Made by a program: the position numbers and the translations under genes. Positions 1 through 13,063 of a stretch of DNA of 64,000 nucleotides are shown here, piece after piece; the stretch's first letter is position 1; every line of letters starts with the position of its first letter. Location: contig NC_092677.1 in NCBI RefSeq assembly GCF_964355755.1, positions 27,949,175-28,013,174 of the forward strand, given 5' to 3'. The notes below the pieces were generated by a model. That model saw nothing but the letters and a program-made list of their open reading frames with translations. It was not told the origin of the DNA and ran no database searches. The stretch comes from Antedon mediterranea (lineage: Eukaryota; Animalia; Echinodermata).

Positions 1-362
1 TACGTTGTGATACGTGGGAGTACTACGTACGTTATTATAACCTTTAAGTTGTGTTAATGTTCTAGACTTGGATATTAAAATTATTTGTTAGGCTATTTAG
101 TTCAGTTTTTCGATCGGCTAATTGGCCATAAGCCTGACTAGCCCGCGTGTAGTACTAGTAGTAGTTTGACTGTATGTATCTGCTATGCTGTTTTGCGGGG
201 TTGTTTGCACACGCAGCTGTGCTGCCTTGTGCGTGTTTTCATTGAGTTTATTTGTGTTTCAGACTTTACCGAAGAATAAAGAACGGTTAAAGGAACTACC
301 ACGAGTTTGTGTATCATTGTCCGGACTACTGTTCATGACAACAATTCTGATTTTAAAATTAC

Positions 363-3300
363 CTGGTAGAAAGTCTTGTAGAATGTCATTCCATGCCACC
401 CACTGGTAGCAACCGAGGTGGAACAATAATATCTCATTGGAAAAACAAATCTCAGCCTCTGTTACGCTTGAATTCACTGCAACATGATCATGCACATAAC
501 CACCTGAAATATATGCAAATAAATATGCAAATATCTATTCTGAAAGATGGATCTACAGTACTTCCAAACTAGTCTCTTTAACAAATATTGGTCAATTGTT
601 GCACATTATATTTTTTAATTGTAGTTTTATAAATACTTTTTTAAACTACTATACTGTATTTGACCAACAATGTAAATTCAATTAGTGAGAACAGTTGAAT
701 CGTAACTTACCATAAACCACCATAAAATTTCCAATGACATTAGCGGAGTGGAAGGCCCTTTCTCGTGGTTTGTCAGCATCATCTATGTCCAACTTGTACC
801 AGTACAACTTGTCCAGATGAAATAAATAAATATCATTGCTTTTGGTGCTTGCCCTAGAAAACAAAATCATAATAAAATGTCATTAAATCTACATTATTGC
901 ACTATTTTTAATTATAATTTCATAATTAATCCATTTTATTAAAAAAGTATAAATTCATTTACCTCGCTGTAGTTTTGTGAAGCCCTCCAAATACAATAAG
1001 AGAATTAGATTCAGCATCAAACACGCAGGTGTGACCAGTGACCCCTACTTCATGTCCTCCTCTTGGAATGACCTCCTGCCAGCCAGATCGACCCGTTAGA
1101 TCATAGGTGAACATTTTATTTAAGGAATAAAATGTTGAAGTGACTCCTGTGAAAAACAATACAAGCAATTGAAAACAAAACAAGTCCATGCATATTAGGG
1201 TTGTTTTCAATGGTTTAAGTTTTTGGAAATTCATTGATATGTTTTGGCGAGATTTCTTTGATAGTTAATTTATTATTATTATTATTATTATATTTAAAAC
1301 ACTAACCTCCAAATATATACAGAGTAGTGTTATAGACAAGTACTGCCGAGTGGTCTGTAGTCAGTGAAGGAGCTGGTGATTGTGTTGCATCATCTAGAAG
1401 TGTCCATTGTTGTGATGTAATGTTAAATTGCCACAGGTCATTTAGTAGGCTACCGTTATCTAATGATCCTCCAAATACAATTACCGTATCTTGGTATACA
1501 GTCATTGTATGACCATATCTTGCAGCCTGAAAGAAAAAATTAATATATACTTTGCATGGCCTCAGGGAAGAACAACTCTGTGCTGATTTGGACCCCTGAC
1601 GATGAATAAGTTTATCTTAACTTTTAATACCGGATACCTCTGCATTATGTATGGCTACTTACTGGTTGAATGGAATCACTTTGAAATGGAACCGTTTGCC
1701 ATTTATTGCTTGTAAAGTTATAATAATCCATGCTAACTAAAGTTGTATACAAATTAAAACCTGAAAACCAAGTGAAAAGAGTAAAAACATAAAAATGACA
1801 AAATAATTTATTGTATCTGGGGATATCTTGTATATAAAATATTATTAACAATCAAAACATACAGGAAAAAATTATTGTGTTGCTATTGTGAATAATTTAT
1901 GTATTTTTACTGGAATTAGTGATGCATGATTTTTGTCAGTTTACAAATAAATAAAAAAAAACAACAAAATTCTTACCTCCAAAAACCCAGAGAGAGTTAC
2001 TTTTTTCATGAAACTGTCCAGCATGGCCCGTTCGACCTTTAAACTCATAATCAAACGAAGAACAGAGTGTGTAGTAACCAGCTAAGTTGTCATTACTTGA
2101 TAAATTTAGACTGCAGTCCTCTCCTACATATCCCTCATTACATTCACATATCTTAATAACAAAACAAGAAAAATCTATTATTCTCTCTGGGAATGTGTAA
2201 ATAATTGATTTAAATTCACTGTGTTAAACTACATGCATTGTATCTACCCTAGTCTAGGTTCTAGACTGAAATTAGTAAAAAGATAATATTTTGGCACAAA
2301 TGGCATTTCATATGTACCGTATAATAAATGAGCTCGTATTTTCAGACACAAATCGAAACACTGACTGGTGAACTAACATAAAAAAGACATAAACGTAGAC
2401 TTTGGGCACGTTTATATCTACCCCACAGGGTGTTTTCAGTGGCATATAAACACTGAGCCTTTAATATGATGTGTAACTTTAATGTCAAATGTTCTTTATG
2501 TTATCAATGAACTCATGGCTTACAATGACATTCAAATAATTTGGTTGTGTTCTCACAAATACTAGAGTTAATCTAGCATAGAATGTACAGTATAATATCC
2601 TCCTTCTCCAAATCATAATTCTGATATAACTTTGATCTTGTTAGCCCTGATACACAGTAATTGATACCACATACATAACAGATCAAGTTAAACCAACCAA
2701 AGAACTCTACTCTAATAATAGAGAAAAGATTGTAAACATTGCTTTATTACATGCTTTAAAATACTATTTGTTTTACCTAAAAAGTATCAATGACAATGTA
2801 AATACAGTGAGCACACACAATAATTGATCTGTCATGTTAATTAACTAATATTCCTATAAACCCAACATCCCTACTCAAACATTGATCAATGCTAGTGCTC
2901 ACAAGATCTGAATTTAAAATCAATTGTGTAAACAATTACTACAGTACATTTAAGTTTGAAATAGAGAGGATTATTCAATCAATCGTTTCATTTTAAAGTG
3001 CCATTCGATCATCAGCGATCATTGCTCATGGTGCAGTCAAAAAGAAAAATCAGAACAAATGAGTTTTTAGAAGTGACTTAAACTGTTCAAGGATGTCACA
3101 TTTTTAATATAAAAAGGCAGATTGTTTCAGAGCCTCTACAGTTAGGTCCAACATTACTGAAAGTCTGACATTCACATAATGTACTGTACTTCAGAAACCA
3201 ACAAAGTGTCCATTGAATAGGGGTTGTCGGCAGTAGTGATAAAACATTATATCTCTCTTTCGTTTTATGGGAAAGTGGATCCCTTAATAGGGGTGTCCCC

Positions 3301-6300
3301 TGAATAGGAGTTGGTCGTAGTACTAAAACATATTTCCCGTTGTTCGTTTCACAGGAAAGTATTCCCTTCATAGGTGTCTAAAAGTTGGTTGCACTTTCAA
3401 TATTTGTTTACATAGAGGCACAAAATTACATGTATGTTTTTGTATCAAGCACAGTAGACTACACTTTAATTAATAAAACATAATAATAACACTGCACAAC
3501 TGTCCTTGGATATCAATGCTTGTCATGACAACCAACAAATCAATTTTAATGCTTAAAATAAATTAAGCAATAACTTAGCAACGAACAACAAAAGAATTAG
3601 AAGCAAATCAAGTGTAACAATTTATTACTTTCGTATGAAGAGAGAAACGCACAATAACAATAGATTAAGTGAAGGGAAAATGCATGAAAACGGAAGCAAA
3701 ATAAAACACAATAACATTTTTACAGTTACTTAGACCTCCTAGTGTACTGTAATTTTCAAAGTTGCTGTTTTCATAATATTTCTTTGTTTTTTTATCTAAA
3801 TTAGTAGTGATTATTACAGTATAAATAAAATAGGGCAATTTGATTTCAATTTATAGAATTGAATGGAATACATATTTTATTTGACAAATTTTTGTTTGTT
3901 TACAAGATGTGTTGTTCTTGCAATTTCTACAGCTGTTATTGTATATAGGCCTAGATGCTTCTTAGTATTGTAGGTACAGTAGTATGTCACTTTTTTTCTT
4001 ACTGAAGGTCACCATAAAATCAACTCATGATGACAGGGTTACCTCATGCGATGAAATAAATAAATTATTAATAAATGTATGGAATGGTGTCCAACTTGTT
4101 AACAAGTTTTTAAGAATAATATTATTTCCACCTTGAACTCAATTAATCTGTGGTTTTAAAAGAAATCTTTTTTGTTATTGTTAATATTCTATTGATGCCT
4201 TCAAAGCCACTTTACCTGTTTATTGAAGTGGTTGTTTGTGAATCATAATTTTCTTTGTTAAAGTTAACAGATTCAACAAAAAACATACTGTTACCTGATA
4301 TCTCATTAGAAAAAGGCTTCAAAAGAAATTATAGAGTGTTTAATAAGTAGACATGCTACAAAAGAACATGTCTGAGTGAAAAGCTCCAACGCTATAAAAG
4401 TTCTGAATAATATCAAATAATGCTATTAATAACATTTTTTCTGGTCCCGAATATACTGTATCATATCATTTCCCCATTGAACTAATAATTTGTTTGGTCT
4501 GTTGACTTACACTCAGTAAAGGTTTAAACAGTATACCGTATAGTATGTTATTTAAACTTGTTGATTAATGTTGAAAGGGTGTTAGTAATAGTAGTAATAC
4601 CACAAAATGTTATGTCAATATAAACTTACATTACTGGTGAAATCACAGTGTCCATTTGGAGCATTACATGAATTCGGACATTGTACCTGTTGGCACCACT
4701 CCCCCGTGTGTCCATTGTCACATACGCACACGTTATTCACGCATGTACCTTGATTCGAGCAATCCATTACGCAATCTTGAATGCGATAATTAGCTTGGAA
4801 GCCTCGCAATATATAATTGGTATCACTGTACAGTATCACTAACATCTAAAATTAGATTACAATGTAGATAATGATTAGAATAAATATTTAATAAGGAAGG
4901 AATGATTACATACTGAATGTACCTGTTACCATTAATATTGTACTACCTGTATAGGCAGTTACAGTATCATTAATATTGTACTACCTGTATAGGCAGTTAC
5001 AGTATCATTAATATTGTACTACTGTACCTGTATAGGCAGTTACAGTATCATTAATATTGTACTACCTGTATAGGCAGTTACAGTATCATTAATATTGTAC
5101 TACTGTACCTGTATAGGCAGTTACAGTATCATTAATATTGTACTACTGTACCTGTATAGGCAGTTACAGTATCATTAATATTGTACTACTGTACCTGTAT
5201 AGGCAGTTACAGTATCATTAATATTGTACTACCTGTATAGGCAGTTACAGTATCATTAATATTGTACTACCTGTATAGGCAGTTACAGTATCATTAATAT
5301 TGTACTACCTGTATAGGCAGTTACAGTATCATTAATATTGTACTACCTGTATAGGCAGTTACAGTATCATTAATATTGTACTACTGTACCTGTATAGGCA
5401 GTTACAGTATCATTAATATTGTACTACCTGTATAGGCAGTTACAGTATCATTAATATTGTACTACCTGTATAGGCAGTTACAGTATCATTAATATTGTAC
5501 TACTGTACCTGTATAGGCAGTTACAGTATCATTAATATTGTACTACCTGTATAGGCAGTTACAGTATCATTAATATTGAACTACTGTACCTGTATAGGCA
5601 GTTACAGTATCATTAATATTGTACTACCTGTATAGGCAGTTACAGTATCATTAATATTGTACTACTGTACCTGTATAGGCAGTTACCTTACAGTATCATT
5701 AATATTGTACTACTGTACCTGTATAGGCAGTTACAGTATCATTAATATTGTACTACCTGTATAGGCAGTTACAGTATCATTAATATTGTACTACCTGTAT
5801 AGGCAGTTACAGTATCATTAATATTGTACTACTGTACCTGTATAGGCAGTTACAGTATCATTAATATTGTACTCAGGGAACATTTTCGCCAGTGTAGCAT
5901 AGCAAAAAGCTATACAAAACAACCTTATTGCTACACATTTTGAAAATTGTGTAGCAAAAAATACTATACAAAACTATGTTTCTCGACTTAAAAATCAGTT
6001 TAATTAGCAATATTGCTAAACAAAATTTTTAAATGAAAATTTTCCCTGGTACTACCTGTATAGGCAGTTACAGTATCATTAATATTGAACTACTGTACCT
6101 GTATAGGCAGTTACAGTATCATTAATATTGTACTACCTGTATAGGCAGTTACAGTATCATTAATATTGTACTACTGTACCTGTATAGGCAGTTACAGTAT
6201 CATTAATATTGTACTACCTGTATAGGCAGTTACAGTATCATTAATATTGTACTACTGTACCTGTATAGGCAGTTACAGTATCATTAATATTGTACTACCT

Positions 6301-7559
6301 GTATAGGCAGTTACAGTATCATTAATATTGTACTACCTGTATAGGCAGTTACAGTATCATTAATATTGTACTACCTGTATAGGCAGTTACAGTATCATTA
6401 ATATTGAACTATAGGCTAATTGAAATAAAAAACACTGTAAATTAACAGGATCGTTGAGAAATTTTGTCCGTCCTTCAGAATACTGTACCTTCCTTTACAC
6501 TCATTGTAAAATAATATTTTTAGTATCATCACCGAATGGCTTAGCATACTGTATGTTCTACTTTATTATTTCCATTTATTATTAAACATTAACAAAAAAG
6601 GAAATAAATGTTATTAAAACAAATAATTATACTGTATCTACAAATTGTAATAGTAATACTACATTGATAATCAACTGAATGCAATATGACGGTACTGATA
6701 CCGATAGCCAACTGGTCAAATTGTACCGTACCTTGCCCGAGCGAGCCACAACAACATCAGAAATATAGTTGCCACTCAAACTTGCAATGAGTGGACTTGA
6801 ATGTGAATCGCCATCAAAAACAAAGATAAAATCATAACTGCACTCTGTTTCAAAACTACTAAATTCAAGAACAATCTTGCTGTTGTTAGTAGGAGCTGTA
6901 AAAAGAAAGCAAGTCATGTCATTACATTATTATCTACACTTTATAGGCCTACAGTACTCGCACATAACATGACGCTATACTGTAACAATTTTCATGTATT
7001 GACATCTATTATTACTCAAATAAATATGTCACAGTAAAATCATTGCAAAAACTTAGGATTAACTCTTTATACAATACTTTTATTGTCAGTTTAGATGGTA
7101 GGCCTAGCTAGGTCTACGCGAAATATATGGTTATATAATTTTTTCTTTGGTGCGTTAGATATTGGTTCACTTTGTGCGGTCTTTAAATTCAAATTGTATT
7201 ATGTTTTAATTATGATTGGTAAAAAATAAATGTTAGCAAACAGATTAGCCTACTGTACCTTGTATAAGCCATTCACATTGATGGTTGCTGGAATAGCTTC
7301 CAAATCCATCTGAAATATCACCCTCAGAAGATGTTAAAATACTTCTACCAAAAACACCACATTTCGCTTCAACCATCAAAAAATGACTGTTTATTATCAA
7401 AAATACAAAACATATTAAAATTAGTTTCTGAAAGTTTGAAAAATGTAACCTTCGATTTTTCCAGATTTCTGTCCGAATTTCGAGAGAACATCCACCAGTT
7501 GAGAACGGCCTTTGGAATGAATATGTTGACATAGTTAAAGGAATAATTTTCTGAACCAT
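363..7559 (-). CDS. MEGF8: Multiple EGF-like domains protein 8, 5' part (signal peptide, CUB, EGF x2, kelch repeats); continues beyond the left window edge
   Basis: GT-AG exons 7259-7559, 6732-6895, 4630-4845, 1977-2151, 1663-1760, 1307-1526, 963-1146, 711-853, 363-503. Translation gives CEWLIQAP..ETECSYDFIFVFDGDS..PLIASLSG..SGKMLVILYSDTNY (CUB directly after the signal peptide), EGFs, kelch GHT..VFGG repeats and FHLGCYQWV, matching recalled MEGF8 rather than attractin. Confidence 0.9.
4930..6410. repeat. Minisatellite of mixed 38-bp and 43-bp units (about 30+ copies) in MEGF8 intron 2
   Basis: Unit CATTAATATTGTACT(ACTGT)ACCTGTATAGGCAGTTACAGTAT repeated head to tail, interrupted at 5874-6048. 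Confidence 0.97.
5874..6048. mobile_element. 175-bp MITE with CAGGG..CCCTG termini and 5-bp TSD (hAT5-like, tentative)
   Basis: TIRs CAGGGAACATTTTC / GAAAATTTTCCCTG; flanked by GTACT at 5869-5873 and 6049-6053; neighbouring repeat units show the empty site. Confidence 0.85.
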
Positions 7560-9084
7560 TTTGATTTAGTTATTCGTTTGTGCTAGCCTTCATGCTAGGC
7601 CCTGCTACATAAACATGAGTAAGCCGAATACTGTTGTGCAAGCCGAGAATTCCTATACTCTGCCCTGGCGAAGTTCACTCAAACTAAACAAAGACGTACC
7701 GCCACCGCAGAGATGGTTCCACAAGAGAAGGAGGAAGCCTGTTCATCATTTGAAGTAACATTTTAACAATTCATCGATGTTTATTGACATGACAAATATA
7801 ATAAATATACGAAGAAGACATCATAAAACACATTAAATCCAGTATATTTATGTAAATCCAGGTAAAACTCAATGAAATAACCTTGTTATTGTCCTGCTTT
7901 GCCTGGCTGGCTGACAGCAGTCTGCGGAAGCGACCGTAGTTACCTCTGACAAGCAACTTTGTAAAACTTCAAAGGACGCCCTCAAGGTATTCCGCTTGTC
8001 ACTCAAACCCCAAAAACCTAACATTATTTTTTAAAATAAAAAAGTTTAGGCCTAGTAGGCCTACTGTAGGCCTATTCTTTTACATTCATGTTTTATGAAC
8101 AATAAAATGGATGAAAATTATTTCTCAAATAAAAACAAAATACAGTTAACATTTTCTAAAATAATAAATAAAAAATGAGAAAATGGGTACCCCACTGGAA
8201 GCTAAGCTTTAAAATGTGGGGTCCGAGTGGTGATACGTAAAATAACTAAAGTACTATTATAGACTGGGGCACGATGATTAGATGATACAGATAAAACTAA
8301 AAGTAATATATGATGTAACGTATGACGTCATAGTGGTCCGATAGACACTTAACTTCATCTCCGATTACCTCACAAACCCAATGAGGTGTACAATGTACAC
8401 ATGTCTTGCATAAAACAACAAAAGTCTCACCCCAAAATAAAACAGCTTAGTCACGTTAATAATCATGAATCATTATGATAATATTTCTTGACATTTTTGC
8501 AAAAAACGATCAATAGTAATAGAATTGAGTTTATTGTCCATCCATTTTGCGGGGTTGATTTATCGATCGGAATTATCATACGTCGTCAGGTATGCAGTGT
8601 TGTATGTAGATTCAACTATATCAACACTAATCGGTCACAATCAACTATTAACATTACAAACTCTGCAGGATTCAATTAAAACTGAGCTTAAGAGCAAATG
8701 TACATGTGAGTATTATATTGCGTTTTTTTTTCTTTGCCCGGGTGTCCACCAATCCTTTCTAAATTGGTTATTAAAACACCTTTTTAATTCTGATGGTTTG
8801 TTGTATCACACCATCATTTTCCTTTGCTTTGAAGTTTTCCCAAATCATGTTATCTTTGCAAAAGCCGCCGTTTTGATATTGGTAAAGGCGCTACAGAGAC
8901 GATAATATTAATTAATAATCTTGATTTAATGTTCGCATTCTTTTTGATGATGGTGATATAATGCCTCTATACTTACTAAAACTAAAGAGACCAGGTCTTG
9001 CATACTTATACCAGGGAAGTGGCGTTACTCACCACTGAGCGGCTTTCCCTGCTCGCGTAATTACAATGTCCCCAACAACAGTTC

Positions 9085-9125
9085 GCTGTAGCGGTGGTGG
9101 TTAACGTCCAGGGTTCAATCCTGAC
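9085..9125 (+). mobile_element. Degenerate tRNA-derived SINE head
   Basis: A-box-like TAGCGGTGGTGG followed closely by B-box GGTTCAATCC; spacing too short for a tRNA cloverleaf. Confidence 0.35.
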
Positions 9126-10037
9126 CTATACACTATAGGGGTTGCATGTGGGTTACACAACTCTTTAAACCCCACTCCCTATAAGCCTAAAATAAGACTT
9201 GGTTTATGAGCACGTTAAGGTATAAAATAGTTTTTCCATCCTGTAATTGGTGAGATGCTCGTTGTTGGATGCGTATGAAATAAAATGTAAAAAAATTACG
9301 TCGATGGTCAAACATTTTTTTAATTTTGTGCACTATAATGATATTTGAAAAGCAAAATGTTGTGGTTGGTGGTACTTTTCTATTCATATGTCATACAGGT
9401 ATAGGTTTACCGAAAAACTATAAAAAAAATTCTCGCGAACTTTTTTACAAATGAGGTTACGTGTTTTGTAAAGTTCAAAGCAGCTTAATATTTTCGATAT
9501 ACCCTTCCTAATTCAATTCTTAGTTCTGCTCTATAACGTCAGCTATACTATACTTGCACAAAACTCGATTGTGCCCAAGCAGTCTGCCAAAACCTTGATA
9601 TTAACTAGGACTAAAATGAAAAAAAATAATTGTAAAGATGCATTGTTTTGTAGATAATAATTATTATCAATATTCAAAGAAACAGTTTAATATCATCAAT
9701 AAACTCAATGACCCGGAAAAACATTTTTTTTTATCTGAACAGTTGTACACGGGTTGTAATTCACCAGAATATTCGGACACGCACTGGTCACGTACGCTGC
9801 ACCTCTATCCGTTCAACAATTGTATTATTAATTATACAGGATTTAAATAATACAAAAACAAAGATATATTGAGGGAAATATTTATTCAGGATAAGCAATG
9901 TACGATTGGTTAACAAGTGGACACGATTATAGTCAGTATTGATACTGGCAACAGCTTGTCAGTCCTGTCACATTGATATTGATATTGACACTTCTACATT
10001 CTACATAATATTTTTAGGAATTAATGTGACAAAAAAA

Positions 10038-12188
10038 ATGACATTTAAAAAGGATGGAAACAAGAAAGATTACAGAAGAACCGAGATTGCAATGTGGGCA
10101 AATGAGCATGCGCTGATCAGTGGCGTAGGTACGTATGTTTTACTACTTCTCAGCTAATGATGTAGAAAGTGTTTGATCAACACACACACAATATATGACG
10201 CGTTGTAACGAGCCGTCCGACATTTTGAACCGCACCATGTCTGTTCGGCAGTAGTTCGGTTCGGTACTGTACGTTTCATTTTCTCAATGTTAAAAAACTC
10301 ATTTTTCTTTCAGTTATTCTGATTGGGGGAATTGTTGGACTTTTCAATTTTTCTGGATGGCCATTTGCTGGCTATGCGGTGTATCCTTTACTGTATACAA
10401 ATTGTTCAACTCCATGATTTCACCCAATCATACGGTAATACACAATCATATATGTTCATTATTTTTTTGTTCGATTCTTCTTTAACTTACATTTGCAGAT
10501 TTATAGGCTTTTTTATCATTACATATGAGTACCCACGTGGACAAAGAGAAGATGGTGTTTGTATGCGAAGAAGGTAATAATTGCCAAACCTTGTCATCCG
10601 GCATGACTTAATAGTAGGCATAGGCCTAGATATGTTCACAAATCGATCTGTGTTGTGATCGTTATGTTCACAAATCGATCTGTGTTGTGATCGTTTTCAT
10701 ATTACAAAAATTGATCACAGTATAAGTGTGATCGAAATGTGACACATTATGTTGTTTTCTTTTTAATATTTTAACATTGCTTTTTGCAATTTGAGGTATT
10801 TTTCTTTGTTTTTTTATTGTCTAAATTATGCGAAGTAAAATAAATTTCCATTTCAAAGTGGACCAATAACATTTATTGAATCTTGAATCTTTCAGAGGTC
10901 AGGATGTTGTTGAACCATTTGTATCATTCATGTGTAGAACATTTTGTTTCAATGGTTACGGAAAACGAGCTGCCTTTTATTTTATGTAAGTTTGTTTCTT
11001 GATATTCAACTTAATAACTCTTATTTTTACACTATAAATTCGTCTATTAGACCTATTGATATTTTCCACCATCGTATGTTTCAAAGTGATACATACCTTA
11101 ATTTAAATACAGTTCCATTTTATCTGATTAAAAAAGCGTATAATAAAAACATAACACTTAATTATATCAGAACCGTAGGTTGTAACAAAATTTAAAAAAA
11201 CAAATATATATAAAAAAATATATATTTTTGTTTACGGTTATATTTTATTTGTATTACCAACCGAAAAAAATCTTTTCAAGGATAATAATATTTTAAAAAA
11301 AAACAAACTGACTGTCACGGTTGAATGGAAAGATTGCTACATAAACACTCATTCTGAGGATTTTGTTTACCGTTTTTTGTTTTGTTTCCTACTATCAGGA
11401 TGAGCTTACCATGTGGGTGCTGCCTACCAGTTGTAATGGGAGGTTTATCACTTCTCTTCGCATCATTCCTGTACTTCATTTCTTCTCTTCGGAATGAAAC
11501 TCGAAAAACACCTGAAGTTAAACAAGTAAAGAGATGGAAAAAGAAGAGTACAATAAGAGAACCTAAACATCCGCCACCAAGGTTGATACGCTACAATTCT
11601 GGAGGAAGTCCTTTTCTAAAAGGTATTTAAACAACACACAAACAAATGTAGGCATACATTACAAAAATAAATTAACCGTCTTCGAAGTTGTTTAACAAAA
11701 ACACTTCATTTTCAACTATCTCCAAATACTGATGATCTGGGGTAATATCACTCAATGAGAATGTGGTATCATCTATTTTCTCTTTAACTCGTTTCACATA
11801 GTCTCATGTAAATATTCGTCGTTTCCTGTATTATTTAGGTAGGTAAATAACCAAAATACATAATTAATTAGAACACATTTTATTTTATTATTTTTCAGAT
11901 CCCAGGCTAGTAAAGCCGAGTATTATATTGTCAGAGGCAAGTGACAGAAGTGATCAAGATGTTGAAAGTTTGAACGATTTCAACTTATTGCAAGTCAGCC
12001 TTGATGAAGATGAACAAACGAAAACCGAATCTAGTGAAATATCTGAAAACAGTGACAATTCATTACATACTAATTTAAATGCATCTGAGCTTAGTAGAAC
12101 TGGGAATAAACAAAATGGCGGAATTATAAACCGTGGTTTTAGAATGGAAGTCATTGTGGGTAAAGAAACAACGAACGAGTTACCTTGA
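10038..12188 (+). CDS. CYBA: Cytochrome b-245 light chain (p22phox), about 278 aa, with extended acidic C-terminus
   Basis: Exons 10038-10128, 10314-10380, 10499-10573, 10896-10985, 11399-11622, 11899-12188 (837 nt, phase-consistent). Protein has EIAMWANEHALISG, ILIGGIVG, YEYPRGQR, RRGQ, LPCGCCL..MG and TIREPKHPPPR, matching human p22phox WAMWANEQALASG, EYPRGKR and TIKQPPSNPPPRP. Confidence 0.92.
10381..10498 (+). other. U12-type (minor spliceosome) GT-AG intron in CYBA
   Basis: 5' splice site GTATCCTTT; branch sequence TTCTTTAAC at 10478-10486, 12 nt before the end of the CAG acceptor. Confidence 0.88.
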
Positions 12189-12974
12189 AAGAAAACATTT
12201 TAACTTTTTGCGCTTTGATCAGGAAGGAGATTTAAAACTTCTTTGTTGCTTTCGTTACTGTAGATTTTCGGTACTGTGGTACGTTTTGCTCTCATTGCAG
12301 CTGAAATATAAATGGGGGCGGGGAGGGGGGGGGGTGGTAATTTAGACGATTAGGCCCCATACATGTTATTTATTATTTTCTATAGATGAGACTGCTATTT
12401 AATATCAGGTAGGGCTGCAATTATATAAACAGTTATATTTTATTATGTGTAAATATATTTAAATTATAATTATATCGAAATTTCAATTATTTTTTAGTAA
12501 AAGTTAATTTACTACATTTAACAAAACACCAAAGATATTATAAACACTTTGATCAAATTTATTTATCTTTTTAATATTTTTATCACCATTATAAAATACA
12601 AACAATTGAGTGGTCGTATGTACTTTGTGTATACTATTTGATGAATACATAATCTATTTTAGTTTACACACAATTAGATTATTACAATTAATTAAATAAA
12701 CAAAACTGCATAAATAAAAACAAAAATGTATTATAAATTGCCATTATAAATTATGCTCCTTGTAAAAATGACTTTTGATTTTCGTAACATGGACGTTCAT
12801 ACTTACAATCATCATTAAGATTTAGTTTTAAGAGGTAGCGGTAGTTATTGTACTACTGTATAAATTATAAATATGAATTAAAGATTTTATATTTAATACA
12901 CCTGTAGATACTTGACCCGATCCACTAATTCGTCGGCGACCAAAACAATTCTTTCAACGAATGATCTGATGACC

Positions 12975-13063
12975 GGCTATGACCGAATCAGCACTGTGTC
13001 ATCCGCCTATGACCGAATCAGCACTGTGTCATCCGACTATGACCGAATCAGCACTGTGTCATC
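12975..13063. repeat. 30-bp tandem repeat x3
   Basis: CTATGACCGAATCAGCACTGTGTCATCCG(A/C) repeated three times between the CYBA and scratch 3' ends. Confidence 0.9.

Noticed and set aside
4930-6410. CRISPR-like regular array (also considered for 30921-31300, 39050-39346, 42686-42871)
   Set aside because: Head-to-tail units with no unique spacers, no cas genes, eukaryotic intronic or UTR context.
363-7559. Attractin assignment for the CUB-EGF-kelch gene
   Set aside because: CUB follows the signal peptide with no preceding EGF, and motifs (DGDS..PLIASLSG, FHLGCYQWV) fit MEGF8 better.
8488-9850. ORFs between MEGF8 and CYBA
   Set aside because: Compositionally intergenic with no homology recognised; may contain CYBA 5' UTR exons that cannot be placed from sequence alone.
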